From a virus: a DNA stretch of 64,000 nucleotides. Within the stretch, counting starts at the first letter, position 1. Every line of letters begins with the position of its first letter. A program made the translations under genes and the position numbers. The stretch spans positions 45,521 through 109,520 of IMG/VR virus record IMGVR_UViG_3300005617_000004. The stretch is one strand, 5' to 3'. The notes beneath the pieces were generated by a model. It was given only the letters and a program-made list of their open reading frames with translations, was not told the origin of the DNA and did no database searches. Shown here one piece after another: positions 8,951 to 18,496 of this stretch.

Positions 8951-9475
8951 GTGGGCGAGCTGTCCATCCAAGATCAGGTGCTGGTCGCCGAGCTCCAGCG
9001 CGTGCTGCGCGACAGCAACGTGCCCTTCCGTCGGCCGTCGAACGAGCAGCCCACGTTCTGGTCGTACCCGGTCTGCGAGACCAACATCATCCCGCTGGCC
9101 AACGGCGGCTGGACCGACATCTTGACTCTGCGCGGGCTGCCGCAGTTCACGCAGCGGGTCGACAAGTACGTGGCGACCACGTTCGGCGACCAGTCGCTCA
9201 GCGGCGTCGAGTTCCGGTTCGTGTTCAACGGGACACTGGCCCCCAACATGACGCTGGCCAACGGCGTGGACCACAACAAGGTGACTCCCTCCACCTTCCC
9301 TGTGGTGTTCCAGACCACCTCCTTCCTGGTCGAGGAGAAGGACTACTTGATCCTGCAGGCCCGCAACACCAACGTCTTTCAGCAGCTGGTGTGCGCCGCC
9401 CTGACCGGCTGGCGCTACAACAACCCGAACAGCGTCGACAAGACTCAGCGCTCGGTGATCACCGATGATACCTAG
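8951..9475 (+). CDS. Beta-sandwich virion protein, paralogue 2
   Basis: VEFRFVFNG..LTGWRY. Confidence 0.55.
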   Translation: MGELSIQDQVLVAELQRVLRDSNVPFRRPSNEQPTFWSYPVCETNIIPLANGGWTDILTLRGLPQFTQRVDKYVATTFGDQSLSGVEFRFVFNGTLAPNMTLANGVDHNKVTPSTFPVVFQTTSFLVEEKDYLILQARNTNVFQQLVCAALTGWRYNNPNSVDKTQRSVITDDT

Positions 9476-10493
9476 CCCCCAGCAGCTGGCGTGGGCGCTC
9501 AGCAAGGTGCAGGGAGACCTGTCCCGGTGGCCGCAGGCCCGGTCGGCGAAGTTGATGTTCCACCAAGGCACGACGCCAGTGATTCTGGTCACCGGCGCAG
9601 CCCCGAAGCGCCCTGAGCAGCTGCCCAAGGCCGTCCGGGTGTTCGTCGACGCGCTGCCCTACAACGTCCGCATCCTGTGGAAGGGCCCCACCGACCCGCG
9701 CGCGTCGATGCCGATCCTGCCCTCGACACCGATGCAGGACAAGCAGCTCGACAACGACATGTGGGCAGGAGCCCCTGAAGTGGTCAATGCGCCGCTGAAG
9801 ATGTGGGGCCCGACCGAGCACCAGCCCGACCTGCCGATCGCCCAGGGTCCGCCGCTCGCCACCCAGGCCGAGTACCAGTTCGCTGCTTCCGTACGACTGC
9901 CGCAGTTCGCCACCCCGAACTTCTGGGCCAAGCCGTTCTACAAGACCGGCAACATCTGCTGCCCGCACTACGCGACCTTGACCCGCGTCTTCTCGTATCG
10001 GGTGCCGTCGGACTACCTGCTGATCATGACCGGGCTCAGCTACGAGTTCTCGGATCTCGTGACCTTCGACCAGTTCACCATGCACGTCCAGCGCGACGGC
10101 AACGAGCTCGGCCGCTGGAACGACATGCGCGCGCTCAACACGCCCGACCCGGCGGAGCAGTACGTGTTCGCCGGCCATTACCGGCCGTTCCCCTTCTACG
10201 GCCGGTTCGACCACGACCAGATGCTGTCCATCGCCGTGACCGTGCTGGGGCCGTATCCGTTCACCAAGACGCCGGCCGACACGCTCGGCGGCTGTGTCAC
10301 CGTCCACCCGTCCGGCTGGCTCGGTAGCCTGTACGACAACCGCGATGGCGGCGCACGGCCAGTTGACATGGGCGAATTGAACGACATTGCTTTGGGCGAA
10401 CCCAGCGATGACGGCGGATTCTCCCGTCTCCATGGTGGTGGCCACGCTCGTCAGGGTCAGTGGCAGCCCGATGACACAGGGACCAACGGATGA
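9465..10493 (+). CDS. Beta-sandwich virion protein, paralogue 3, with N-terminal extension
   Basis: FSYRVPSDY..MHVQRDG..PSGWLG. Confidence 0.5.
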   Translation: MIPSPQQLAWALSKVQGDLSRWPQARSAKLMFHQGTTPVILVTGAAPKRPEQLPKAVRVFVDALPYNVRILWKGPTDPRASMPILPSTPMQDKQLDNDMWAGAPEVVNAPLKMWGPTEHQPDLPIAQGPPLATQAEYQFAASVRLPQFATPNFWAKPFYKTGNICCPHYATLTRVFSYRVPSDYLLIMTGLSYEFSDLVTFDQFTMHVQRDGNELGRWNDMRALNTPDPAEQYVFAGHYRPFPFYGRFDHDQMLSIAVTVLGPYPFTKTPADTLGGCVTVHPSGWLGSLYDNRDGGARPVDMGELNDIALGEPSDDGGFSRLHGGGHARQGQWQPDDTGTNG

Positions 10494-11248
10494 GCGCCTG
10501 CCCTGATTGCCCGTCGACCTCCACCGCTCCGCCATGCGTAGCGCCAACGCCCCCGGACGGCTCGAATTGCTGCCTCAAGCTGCGCTACACGTGCACGCTG
10601 GTCGACGATGTCGCGACCTGGGAGCTCGACGCGGTCAACACCGAGTGCGTCGACAACGCGAGCTGCAGCCCGTACCTCGAGACCTGCACCGGTGACGAGT
10701 ACACGCTGGAGCAGCAGAACGGCTGCGTGTGCTTCGCGCTGCCGGATCCGCTGCCGGAGCCGTGCTGCGACCCGACCTGCGGCTCTACGACGACCACCAG
10801 CACCACGTCGACGACCAGCACCACGACCACGACGACCAGCACGACCACGACGACTACCACCACGACGACTACCACCAGCACAACGACTACCACCACGACA
10901 ACGACCACGACGACCACCGCCGGGGCGTGCCAGAGCTACTCGTTCTCCGACACCTTCACCATCGGAGGCGGCACCGAGCCGCACGACCGCACGTACACGC
11001 TGCCGTCGAACGCCTGCGCAGGCGCGGTCGAGTTCAGCATCAGCCCGAACGGGCAGCCGCCAGACGCGGGCGCCATCGTCTGCGTCACCTTTGATGGCGG
11101 ATCACCCATCTGCTCGGCCTGCATCACCTCTGGCGGCGGTCTGGTAGTGATACCGGCGGGCACCACCACCGTATTCATTTCCACCTCGGGAGGATGCAAC
11201 GACCCGCTGGGCCAAATTGAGAACGTGTTCATCACCATAACCGGCTAA
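10490..11248 (+). CDS. Cys-rich protein with a 45-residue Thr/Ser mucin-like stalk
   Basis: About 20 Cys split over two domains joined by a pure T/S tract. Confidence 0.75.
   Translation: MSACPDCPSTSTAPPCVAPTPPDGSNCCLKLRYTCTLVDDVATWELDAVNTECVDNASCSPYLETCTGDEYTLEQQNGCVCFALPDPLPEPCCDPTCGSTTTTSTTSTTSTTTTTTSTTTTTTTTTTTTSTTTTTTTTTTTTTAGACQSYSFSDTFTIGGGTEPHDRTYTLPSNACAGAVEFSISPNGQPPDAGAIVCVTFDGGSPICSACITSGGGLVVIPAGTTTVFISTSGGCNDPLGQIENVFITITG
10784..10918 (+). repeat. Low-complexity ACN-codon tract encoding poly-Thr/Ser
   Basis: 45 consecutive Thr/Ser codons with varied synonymous codons. Confidence 0.9.
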
Positions 11249-11257
11249 GGGGCGTTC

Positions 11258-12007
11258 ATGAGACCCTTCATCAGCGTCCTTTGCCCCACCTACGGCCGCA
11301 CCGCGCTGCTGTCGGAGCTCGTCGAGTCGTTCCAGCGCCAGACCTACGACGGTCGCGTCGAGCTGGTCATCCTGAACGACCGCAGCGACCAGGAGCTGCA
11401 ATACCAGGGCAGTAACCCGATCCGGATCATCAACGTGACCACCCGGTTCGAGACGCTGGGCCATAAGCGCAACGCGCTGGTCGACCTCGCCGACGGGTCT
11501 CATGTGTGCTTCTGGGACGACGACGACATCTACCTCGGCACCCACCTGGAGAAGCTCGCCGACCTGCTGGATGACATCGTTCCTCCGGTCAGCGGTGCCG
11601 CTGAAGCTCATCAATGGCAGATGCGCGCCGACGGTAGTGTGTTCATCCAGGGGTCGGGCCTGCTGCACTCGCTGCTGATCAAGAAGACCGCCATCGAAGC
11701 CGTGGGCGGGTTCCCCCTGACGGCCCAGCTGCAAGACGTCGGTCTGGTGCAGAAGCTCGTCAGGGCTCGGCTATTCCCGAACATCTACGGCGGCCGCGCT
11801 GCGACCATGCCGAGCACCCTGTACCGGGCGGCCGGCATCGACACCGCGCACGTCGGCGACTTCTCGGCCACCGAGGCGCATGACGGCTTTGTCGAGGCTG
11901 AATCGCAATTCTCTGAGCCGACCGGGCGTATCGTGCTCGTCCCTGAATGGCGAGAGAATTACGAGGCCAAGCTCCGCAAAGCCTGGGACGACTACATCCG
12001 GCAGTAA
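11258..12007 (+). CDS. Glycosyltransferase family 2 (GT-A fold)
   Basis: ISVLCPTYGR..ELVILND..LGHKRN..FWDDDD (DxD motif). Confidence 0.9.
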   Translation: MRPFISVLCPTYGRTALLSELVESFQRQTYDGRVELVILNDRSDQELQYQGSNPIRIINVTTRFETLGHKRNALVDLADGSHVCFWDDDDIYLGTHLEKLADLLDDIVPPVSGAAEAHQWQMRADGSVFIQGSGLLHSLLIKKTAIEAVGGFPLTAQLQDVGLVQKLVRARLFPNIYGGRAATMPSTLYRAAGIDTAHVGDFSATEAHDGFVEAESQFSEPTGRIVLVPEWRENYEAKLRKAWDDYIRQ

Positions 12008-12048
12008 TCGCCTATTGCGTTGCTCCATAGGATGCCTATGCCTGGGGC

Positions 12049-13758
12049 ATGCTGACCTTCTTCGTTTATGCGCTGGCGTGCGTCGGCGTACACCGGATCT
12101 GGAACTTCGAGTCGATCTTCCAGGGTCCACGTACGTGGCTGCTGCGCTACTGGTGGGCCAAGCCGGTGACCTGCCAAGCATGCAACGCCCTGTGGATTGC
12201 CGTGCTGCTCCTGCCGTTGGCGTACATCGCCTCCGCGCCGGGGGCGTGGCTGGCCCTGGAGGCGCTGGCCGCCTACCCGCTGGTGCGCGGTGTCCTGTGG
12301 GTCTACAAGATGGCGAGCCACTGGGAGGTTTCCGCTCGCCGGTCTGCGGGAGTGACGCGCGCCGTGGTTGAACCTCCGACGGATGCCGTCCGAAAACCAG
12401 CGCCCGCCGAGCCGCAACCTCCCACAGACGGTGGCTGCCGCGACTGTGAACGGAAGCGATCGGCTATCGTCGCTGAACAGACGCATGCCAAGGGCTTCGA
12501 TCGTCGCATCGTGCTGCTCACCACCCTGTCGGACTTCTCCCCCAGCTACAGCCTGACCAGCGTCATCTGCGACCAAGCCCGGATGCTGGCCGACAACCCG
12601 CGCTGGCTGGTGCAAATCTGGGTCAACGAGAACGCCAACCTCAAGCAGGCGCCGACAGACTTGCCGGAGAACGTCGAGATCCGCCGCATCGTGCCGCAGG
12701 TGCCGTGGGCCGACGACATCGTCAATACCGAGGGCGCGCAGCGCCTAGAGCGCGAACTCCGGTTGAAGCTGCTGCCCCTCGGCAACGCTACCATCATCGC
12801 GCACGACCTGATCTTCCAGAGCGCGTTTGTCACCTTCGCAGCTGCAATTCATCGTCTGGGGTCGATGCCTGGGTTCGCGTGGCTGCACGTGTGTCACAGC
12901 GCCGTCGGGGTGCGCCCTCCCGGGCTGGCGTTCCCGCGAGCCCTGCGCTACACGCTGCCCGAGGGCCACAAGCTGCTGTGCCTCAACGAAGCCGAACGTA
13001 CTCGCTTGGCGGCCTACTACGCCGCCCCTTCCGTGGAGGTGCTGGTGTGCCCGAACGCACGCGACATCACGGCGTTCGGGGCGTTCAGCGCCCAGGCGGC
13101 CGAGGTCATCCGTGCCGGGCGGTTGCACTTGGCCGACGTGGTCCAGGTGTATCCCCTGTCCACTACCCGCATGAAGGACAAGGGGGTCCATCATGTCATC
13201 AGGATCCTCGCGAATCTAGGCCGGCTGGGCCGCACGACACGACTGGTGCTGGTGAACGCGCACGCGAACGGAGCGGCGGAGAAGGCTGCCTTGGCCGACC
13301 TGCGACAGTACGTGGTCGAGCAGGGGCTGCCGCCGACCGCTCTGGTGGTCACCAGCGAGGTGCTGCCCGCCACCGAGGCGCAAGGAGTGTCGCAGGCGGT
13401 GGTTCGCGACCTGTTCTCGGTCAGCAACGTGTTCATCTTCCCGTCGGTCAGCGAGGCGTCGCCCCTGGTGCTGGTCGAAGCCGCTCTCAGCGGGTGCCTG
13501 ATCGTCACCAACGCGTCGTTGCCGGTGCTGAAGACGATCGTGCCCAACGGCTTGGCGATTACCGCGCATTTTGGCAGCACGTTGAACCCAGAGGCCGACC
13601 ATGGGGTCACCGAGACGGTCGCCGCGCAGATAGACGACGTCCTGACGCGGTCGAAGATCAACCTCGCCAAGCGCCACGTGCTCAAGCATTCCAGCTTCCT
13701 TGCAGTTGGATCGCAATTGCGATCCCTGGTCGAAGGAGTTCCGCTACGGGGTAAATAA
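12049..13758 (+). CDS. GT4-like glycosyltransferase (GT-B fold) fused to an N-terminal DUF1360-like membrane CxxC domain
   Basis: C-terminal VFIFPSVSEASPLVLVEAALSG (Ex7E motif); N-terminal TM segments with CQACNALW. Confidence 0.8.
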   Translation: MLTFFVYALACVGVHRIWNFESIFQGPRTWLLRYWWAKPVTCQACNALWIAVLLLPLAYIASAPGAWLALEALAAYPLVRGVLWVYKMASHWEVSARRSAGVTRAVVEPPTDAVRKPAPAEPQPPTDGGCRDCERKRSAIVAEQTHAKGFDRRIVLLTTLSDFSPSYSLTSVICDQARMLADNPRWLVQIWVNENANLKQAPTDLPENVEIRRIVPQVPWADDIVNTEGAQRLERELRLKLLPLGNATIIAHDLIFQSAFVTFAAAIHRLGSMPGFAWLHVCHSAVGVRPPGLAFPRALRYTLPEGHKLLCLNEAERTRLAAYYAAPSVEVLVCPNARDITAFGAFSAQAAEVIRAGRLHLADVVQVYPLSTTRMKDKGVHHVIRILANLGRLGRTTRLVLVNAHANGAAEKAALADLRQYVVEQGLPPTALVVTSEVLPATEAQGVSQAVVRDLFSVSNVFIFPSVSEASPLVLVEAALSGCLIVTNASLPVLKTIVPNGLAITAHFGSTLNPEADHGVTETVAAQIDDVLTRSKINLAKRHVLKHSSFLAVGSQLRSLVEGVPLRGK

Positions 13759-13785
13759 CGACCTACCGCCACTAACCCCTTCGGA

Positions 13786-13812
13786 TTGCATTATGGCAGC
13801 CATGCGTACCCT
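13786..13812 (+). promoter_or_regulatory. Promoter of fibre gene 1 with a very short leader
   Basis: TTGCAT-N15-TACCCT, six nt before the ATG at 13819. Confidence 0.35.
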
Positions 13813-13818
13813 GTGCGC

Positions 13819-16296
13819 ATGGCAAGTCTCATTTTTGCAGTAGACGCCAACACCCTTCTCGACACTCCAACGGCCTCCGGCCTCGAGACGCTGGCCAACG
13901 CGCAGTTCGCGGCGCTGTTGAGCGACATCGTCACCGGCGTGTCGTTCACGACCGACGATCAGTCGCGCACCAGCCGCGACTTGCGGCTGACGGTCACCTA
14001 CACCGATGGCGCGGCGGCCATCTCGACCCCCTTCCTGGTCAAAGCCTTCACCGGCCGCACGGTCGCCGACGTTGCGGCCGCAGCCAACGCCTTCACCGCG
14101 GCCCACACGACCTACTTCTTCTCGGGCCTGTTCACCCAGGTGCTGACCAACACCGCACGTCGCTCCACGATCGTGTACGGCCTGATCGTGTACAACACGT
14201 CGCTGACCGACGGCGCGTCGCACTATGCGGGCAGCGGTGCCGGCGGAGGTGGTGGAGGCACCGTTGGCGGCTCGGGCACCGCCGGCAAGCTCGCAGTGTG
14301 GACGTCGGGCACCGACATCGGCGACAGCGCGCTGACCGAAGCCACCAACACCATCACCTCGTCGAAAGAGCTCATCACCCTTGCCACCGCTGCTGCCCGC
14401 GCAGGCTTCAACCTGCCGCACGGCACGGCACCCAGCGCGCCCGTCAACGGCGACCTGTGGACCACGACCGCCGGGCTGTTCGCCCGCATCAACGGCGCAA
14501 CGGTGACGTACGGATCCGGCACCATCGGTGGCACCGCCGTGCTCAACCGAGTCGCGTACGGCTCGGGCGCCAACACCCTGCAGTCGTCGGCCAACCTGAC
14601 CTACAACGGCACGACCCTCTCAGTTGCAGCCGGCGGTCGCATGGGCGTCGGCTCGGCCGGCCTGACGTCGAACGGACTGACCCTCAGCATGATCGGCACG
14701 CTGAGCACCGCGGATCAGTCCGGGTTGAACGTGTTCGTGACGGGCAGCGTTGCTGCCACGGCGACGGTTACCGGCGTCGTGAGCGGCGCCGGCACGGCGA
14801 CGTCGGCCACCACCGCCGACGTCATGGCCTTCTGGGCGCTGCCCATCACGCCGGGCAGCGGCAGCACCATCACGCGCGGCACCGGCATCCACATCAGCGA
14901 CCCGACGGCCGGCACCAACCGCGCATGGCTCTCGCTGGGTACCAGCGTCAGCGTACCCTCCTACGTGGGCAACTTCGCGATCTACAGCGACATCGCGCAG
15001 CCGAGCTCGTTCGCGGGCACCATCGCCATTCTGGACACCACGACCACGTCGTTCACGACCGCGGGCGGCGGCTCGTTTGCCAAGCTGCTGCAGACGGTTG
15101 CCTCGGCCAGCGGGTCCGCGGGCTTCAATCTGCCGCACGGCGCTGCTCCTTCCGCGCCAGTCAACGGCGACCTGTGGACCACCACCACTGCGTTGTTCGT
15201 GCGCATCAACGGCGCGACGGTGCAGCTGGGTGGAGGCGGCCTCACCGGCTCCCTGACCGCCACGCGCGTCCCGTTCGCCAGCGGCGCCAGCACCCTGACC
15301 GACAGCGCGTTCATGACGTTCAGCACCGCAGCAGGGCTGGTGGTCAACCGGTCGGGTGCGGCCAACGTCACCATGCTCGGCTCGAACGCCGGCAACACGA
15401 CCATGACGGCGGTCGACTGCGTACTGATCGGCGACAATGCCGGCAACGCGATCACCTCGGGCGCGCAGTGCACGTTCCTCGGCAAGGACGCAGGCCTCGC
15501 CAACACACAGGGCAGCGGCAACACCTTCATCGGGTTCTCGGCCGGCGTGCTCAACGGCACCAGTGGCGCGCGCTCAGGCATCACCGCGGTCGGCTACAAC
15601 GCCGGCAGCATGAGCACCGGCGGCAGCAACACCTTCCTCGGTGCCACCAGCGGCGCGAACTCGGTCACGGGTACCGCCAACATCTTCATCGGCCGGTCGA
15701 GTGGCGACGGCACCGGCACCGCCGCCAGCAACCGGTTCGTAGCTGGCTCCGACTCGTACCCGGTCGCCGATGTCTGGTTCGGCCAGGGCGAGACGAACGC
15801 GGCTGCGGTCGCGTGGACCCTGCACGGCACCAACGGCGCGGGCGCCGACAAGGTCGGTGGCGCACTTCAGCTCGCTGGCGGCCAGGGCACCGGCACGGGC
15901 GTCGGCGGCAACATCGTGTTCCAGACGGCGATTGCCGGCGGGTCCAGCAGCACCCTCAACGCGCTGACCACTGGCCTGACCATCAATCAGCGCAAGACGG
16001 CGGACTTCGCCTATGGCCTTGTGCTGCCCGTCCGCACGGTGACCGCGACCACCGACACGGCCACCTACACCGACTACACCATTCAGTGCGACACGACATC
16101 CAACAACATCGCGCAGACCCTGCCGGCATCGCCCCCGACCGGTCTCGTCATCAACGTGAAGAAGACCGCCGCAGGCAACACGCTGACCATCACCGCCAGC
16201 GCAGGCAACATCGATGGCGCCGCGAGCGTCGTGGTGACGACCCTGAACCAGTCGTACTCGTTCCAGTACAACGGCACACAGTGGATCATCCTGTGA
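13819..16296 (+). CDS. Fibre/spike protein 1 (receptor binding)
   Basis: G/A/S/T-rich; Gly linker after an N-terminal domain of about 135 aa; duplicated AGFNLPHG..NGDLWTTT module; GxxAG beta-roll repeats; C-terminus YNGTQWIIL. Confidence 0.8.
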   Translation: MASLIFAVDANTLLDTPTASGLETLANAQFAALLSDIVTGVSFTTDDQSRTSRDLRLTVTYTDGAAAISTPFLVKAFTGRTVADVAAAANAFTAAHTTYFFSGLFTQVLTNTARRSTIVYGLIVYNTSLTDGASHYAGSGAGGGGGGTVGGSGTAGKLAVWTSGTDIGDSALTEATNTITSSKELITLATAAARAGFNLPHGTAPSAPVNGDLWTTTAGLFARINGATVTYGSGTIGGTAVLNRVAYGSGANTLQSSANLTYNGTTLSVAAGGRMGVGSAGLTSNGLTLSMIGTLSTADQSGLNVFVTGSVAATATVTGVVSGAGTATSATTADVMAFWALPITPGSGSTITRGTGIHISDPTAGTNRAWLSLGTSVSVPSYVGNFAIYSDIAQPSSFAGTIAILDTTTTSFTTAGGGSFAKLLQTVASASGSAGFNLPHGAAPSAPVNGDLWTTTTALFVRINGATVQLGGGGLTGSLTATRVPFASGASTLTDSAFMTFSTAAGLVVNRSGAANVTMLGSNAGNTTMTAVDCVLIGDNAGNAITSGAQCTFLGKDAGLANTQGSGNTFIGFSAGVLNGTSGARSGITAVGYNAGSMSTGGSNTFLGATSGANSVTGTANIFIGRSSGDGTGTAASNRFVAGSDSYPVADVWFGQGETNAAAVAWTLHGTNGAGADKVGGALQLAGGQGTGTGVGGNIVFQTAIAGGSSSTLNALTTGLTINQRKTADFAYGLVLPVRTVTATTDTATYTDYTIQCDTTSNNIAQTLPASPPTGLVINVKKTAAGNTLTITASAGNIDGAASVVVTTLNQSYSFQYNGTQWIIL
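14401..15222 (+). repeat. Internal 105-bp duplication in fibre 1 (14401-14505 and 15118-15222)
   Basis: AGFNLPHGTAPSAPVNGDLWTTTAGLFARINGATV versus AGFNLPHGAAPSAPVNGDLWTTTTALFVRINGATV. Confidence 0.85.
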
Positions 16297-16679
16297 GCTT
16301 TGCGCCCTTGAACGTCATCGGGTCCCTCAAGTCTGCCAACTTCAACTCGACGGCCGATCAAGCCATCCCAATCCAGCTGCCGGCCGGCTTCACCAAGTAC
16401 GTGGTGACCGGGCTGGTGGCGTACAATCCCAGCACGAGCCTGACTACTGCGGCTGGAGGCCTGTACAACGCCACCAGCAAACCCGCGGGCGGCATCCTGG
16501 TAGCCGCAGCGCAGGTGTACACCGCGCTCACCGCGGCGGGGAAGTTCTTGCCCGTGACGTTGGCCGCACTCGCTGGCACTGACCTGCAGACCGCGGCCAA
16601 CGTGTACTTGTCGCTCACTCTCGCGCAAGGTGGAGCCGCTACGGCCGACGTCGCGGTCCTCGGGTATTTCCTGCCATGA
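16293..16679 (+). CDS. Small beta-rich virion or fibre-associated protein
   Basis: GTG overlaps the fibre stop; reads MSFAPLNVIGSLKSANFNSTADQAIPI. Confidence 0.7.
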   Translation: MSFAPLNVIGSLKSANFNSTADQAIPIQLPAGFTKYVVTGLVAYNPSTSLTTAAGGLYNATSKPAGGILVAAAQVYTALTAAGKFLPVTLAALAGTDLQTAANVYLSLTLAQGGAATADVAVLGYFLP

Positions 16680-16960
16680 CCTACACTCCTGGTGGAAGCG
16701 TGGCGGTCCAAGTCAACTTCGGCACGACGTCTAATTTCTCGGTGCGGACGACCGTCACCGGCGTGCCATGGGTCACCGCCGGGTCCCATTTCACCGTCAC
16801 ACCCGCGGGCAGCACCGTCGATCACGGCGTTGAAGACGCGGTGATCGAGGGCCTCACCGGCGGTGTGGAAAACCCGATCGCTGGTACCGGCTTTGACCTC
16901 GTCGTATCCAGCCCCAACGGCTCCAAGGGCCTCTACGCCTTCAACGTGATAGGAAACTAA
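16676..16960 (+). CDS. Small beta-rich virion protein
   Basis: ATGA-coupled, Gly/Thr/Val-rich. Confidence 0.65.
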   Translation: MTYTPGGSVAVQVNFGTTSNFSVRTTVTGVPWVTAGSHFTVTPAGSTVDHGVEDAVIEGLTGGVENPIAGTGFDLVVSSPNGSKGLYAFNVIGN

Positions 16961-16961
16961 C

Positions 16962-18440
16962 ATGTCCGTCAATATCCAGGGTGGCAGCAGCACTACCAAC
17001 CAAGCGAACGTCACTGACAACAACCTGAACGTCACGTTGCCGTCGGTTTATGACGAGTCGGGCTACAACCGGCCGCTGGGTGAAGTCGACGCCGGACTCG
17101 TGCGTGGCACGCCGACGCTGTTGGCGCCTGAGGTGTCGGAAGACTTCCGCCAGCGCGCAGAGCTCGACACCCTGCTCGCCTACGACGATTTCAACTACGT
17201 GGCGCAGGACACCGGCAAGTACATCTTCCGCAACACCACCATGACCGGCTCGTGGGGCGGCGGCGCGTTCAGCACCAACGCGTCGGCCATCACCACGACC
17301 ACCACCGGCTGTCAGCTGCTGACCCGTCAGTATTTCCCGGTGTTCGGCGGTGCCGAGACCTACGCCTACTTCAAGCTCGGCTTCACCGGCACCTGGGCGG
17401 TCACCAACAAGACCATCGACATCGGCCTGATGACCGCGAACACGACCACCCCGTTCGCCCCGACCGACGGCGTGTTCCTGCGCGCCAACTCCACGGGTCT
17501 GTTCGGCGTCGTCAGCGTCAACGGTGTCGAGCAGACTTCGTCGCCCTTCGTGGTCTCCTCCGGCGGCATAGATTGGGTTCCTACCATCGGCACGTTCTAC
17601 GACTGCATCGTTACCTGCGGTGAAAACGTCGCCGTGTTCTGGATGGACCTGCGCGACGGCAACGGCTACGTGATGATGGCCCGCATCAGCACGGCTCCGG
17701 GTTCGGGCGCGCCTCTCTACGCCGGCGCTCTCCAGTTCGGCATCCGCGACGCCAACACTGGCACCACGTCAGCCGTCATGGGTGCCAAGATCAGCCGCTG
17801 GTCGGTGTCGCAGGGCGGCTACCACACGACCCGCCCGTGGGCCGAGCAGGTGATATGCGCAGGCATGAGCGGCGCGCAGGGTCAGCAAGGCGGTACGATG
17901 GGCTCGACGGCCCTGTACACCAACTCGCTGGCCCCGGGTGCCGGCGCGGTGATGACCAACACCACCGCGGCACTGGGCACCGGCCTGGGCGGTCAGTTCG
18001 CCGCCCTGCCGACCCTGGCGGCCAACACGGACGGCATCGTTTGCTCCTACCTGAATCCGGTGCCGACCACCGGCATCACTGGACGCGTGCTGGTGGTCAC
18101 CGGCATCAAGATTTCCAGCATTGTGACCACGGTGCTGGCGGGCAACGCGTCGCCGGTGGTGTACGCCTACTCGGCCGCCTGGGGACATGACGCACTGTCG
18201 CTGGCCACCGCCGAAGCGGCCACGACCAAGGCCCCGCGCAGAAAGGCTTTGGGCTTCCACCAGTTCGCAGCCGCGGCTGCGGTCTACACGTCAGGAGGCG
18301 CCGACATTTTCCTGCCGGTAGACGACATCGCGGTCAACCCGGGTGAATACTTCCAGATCGTCGCCAAGAACATCGGCGTGGTCACCACCACCGGCGTGAT
18401 CATGTTCCACATCTCCATCCAGTCGCACTGGGAGGCCTGA
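16962..18440 (+). CDS. Virion accessory or receptor-binding protein
   Basis: 492 aa, Thr/Gly/Ala-rich, beta-strand pattern. Confidence 0.6.
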   Translation: MSVNIQGGSSTTNQANVTDNNLNVTLPSVYDESGYNRPLGEVDAGLVRGTPTLLAPEVSEDFRQRAELDTLLAYDDFNYVAQDTGKYIFRNTTMTGSWGGGAFSTNASAITTTTTGCQLLTRQYFPVFGGAETYAYFKLGFTGTWAVTNKTIDIGLMTANTTTPFAPTDGVFLRANSTGLFGVVSVNGVEQTSSPFVVSSGGIDWVPTIGTFYDCIVTCGENVAVFWMDLRDGNGYVMMARISTAPGSGAPLYAGALQFGIRDANTGTTSAVMGAKISRWSVSQGGYHTTRPWAEQVICAGMSGAQGQQGGTMGSTALYTNSLAPGAGAVMTNTTAALGTGLGGQFAALPTLAANTDGIVCSYLNPVPTTGITGRVLVVTGIKISSIVTTVLAGNASPVVYAYSAAWGHDALSLATAEAATTKAPRRKALGFHQFAAAAAVYTSGGADIFLPVDDIAVNPGEYFQIVAKNIGVVTTTGVIMFHISIQSHWEA

Positions 18441-18461
18441 GCGCATCCTTGACTCCCTAGA

Positions 18462-18494
18462 AGTCTCCGTAGGGTCGAGGGGCCTACGGAGACT
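18462..18494. promoter_or_regulatory. 12-bp inverted repeat covering the RBS of the gene at 18497
   Basis: AGTCTCCGTAGG-N9-CCTACGGAGACT. Confidence 0.65.
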
Positions 18495-18496
18495 CT

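Noticed and set aside
10784-10918. CRISPR array or microsatellite
   Set aside because: No repeat-spacer structure; it is a coding poly-Thr tract with mixed codons.
14401-15222. Fibre duplication as a DGR template/variable repeat pair
   Set aside because: Differences are mostly synonymous and not adenine-specific, both copies are in frame in one gene, and no reverse transcriptase is present.
14298-16292. 793-aa His/Arg-rich ORF overlapping fibre 1
   Set aside because: Alternative-frame artefact of Thr/Gly/Ala codons in high-GC DNA. Only its last 128 aa (from GTG 16293) look like a real gene.
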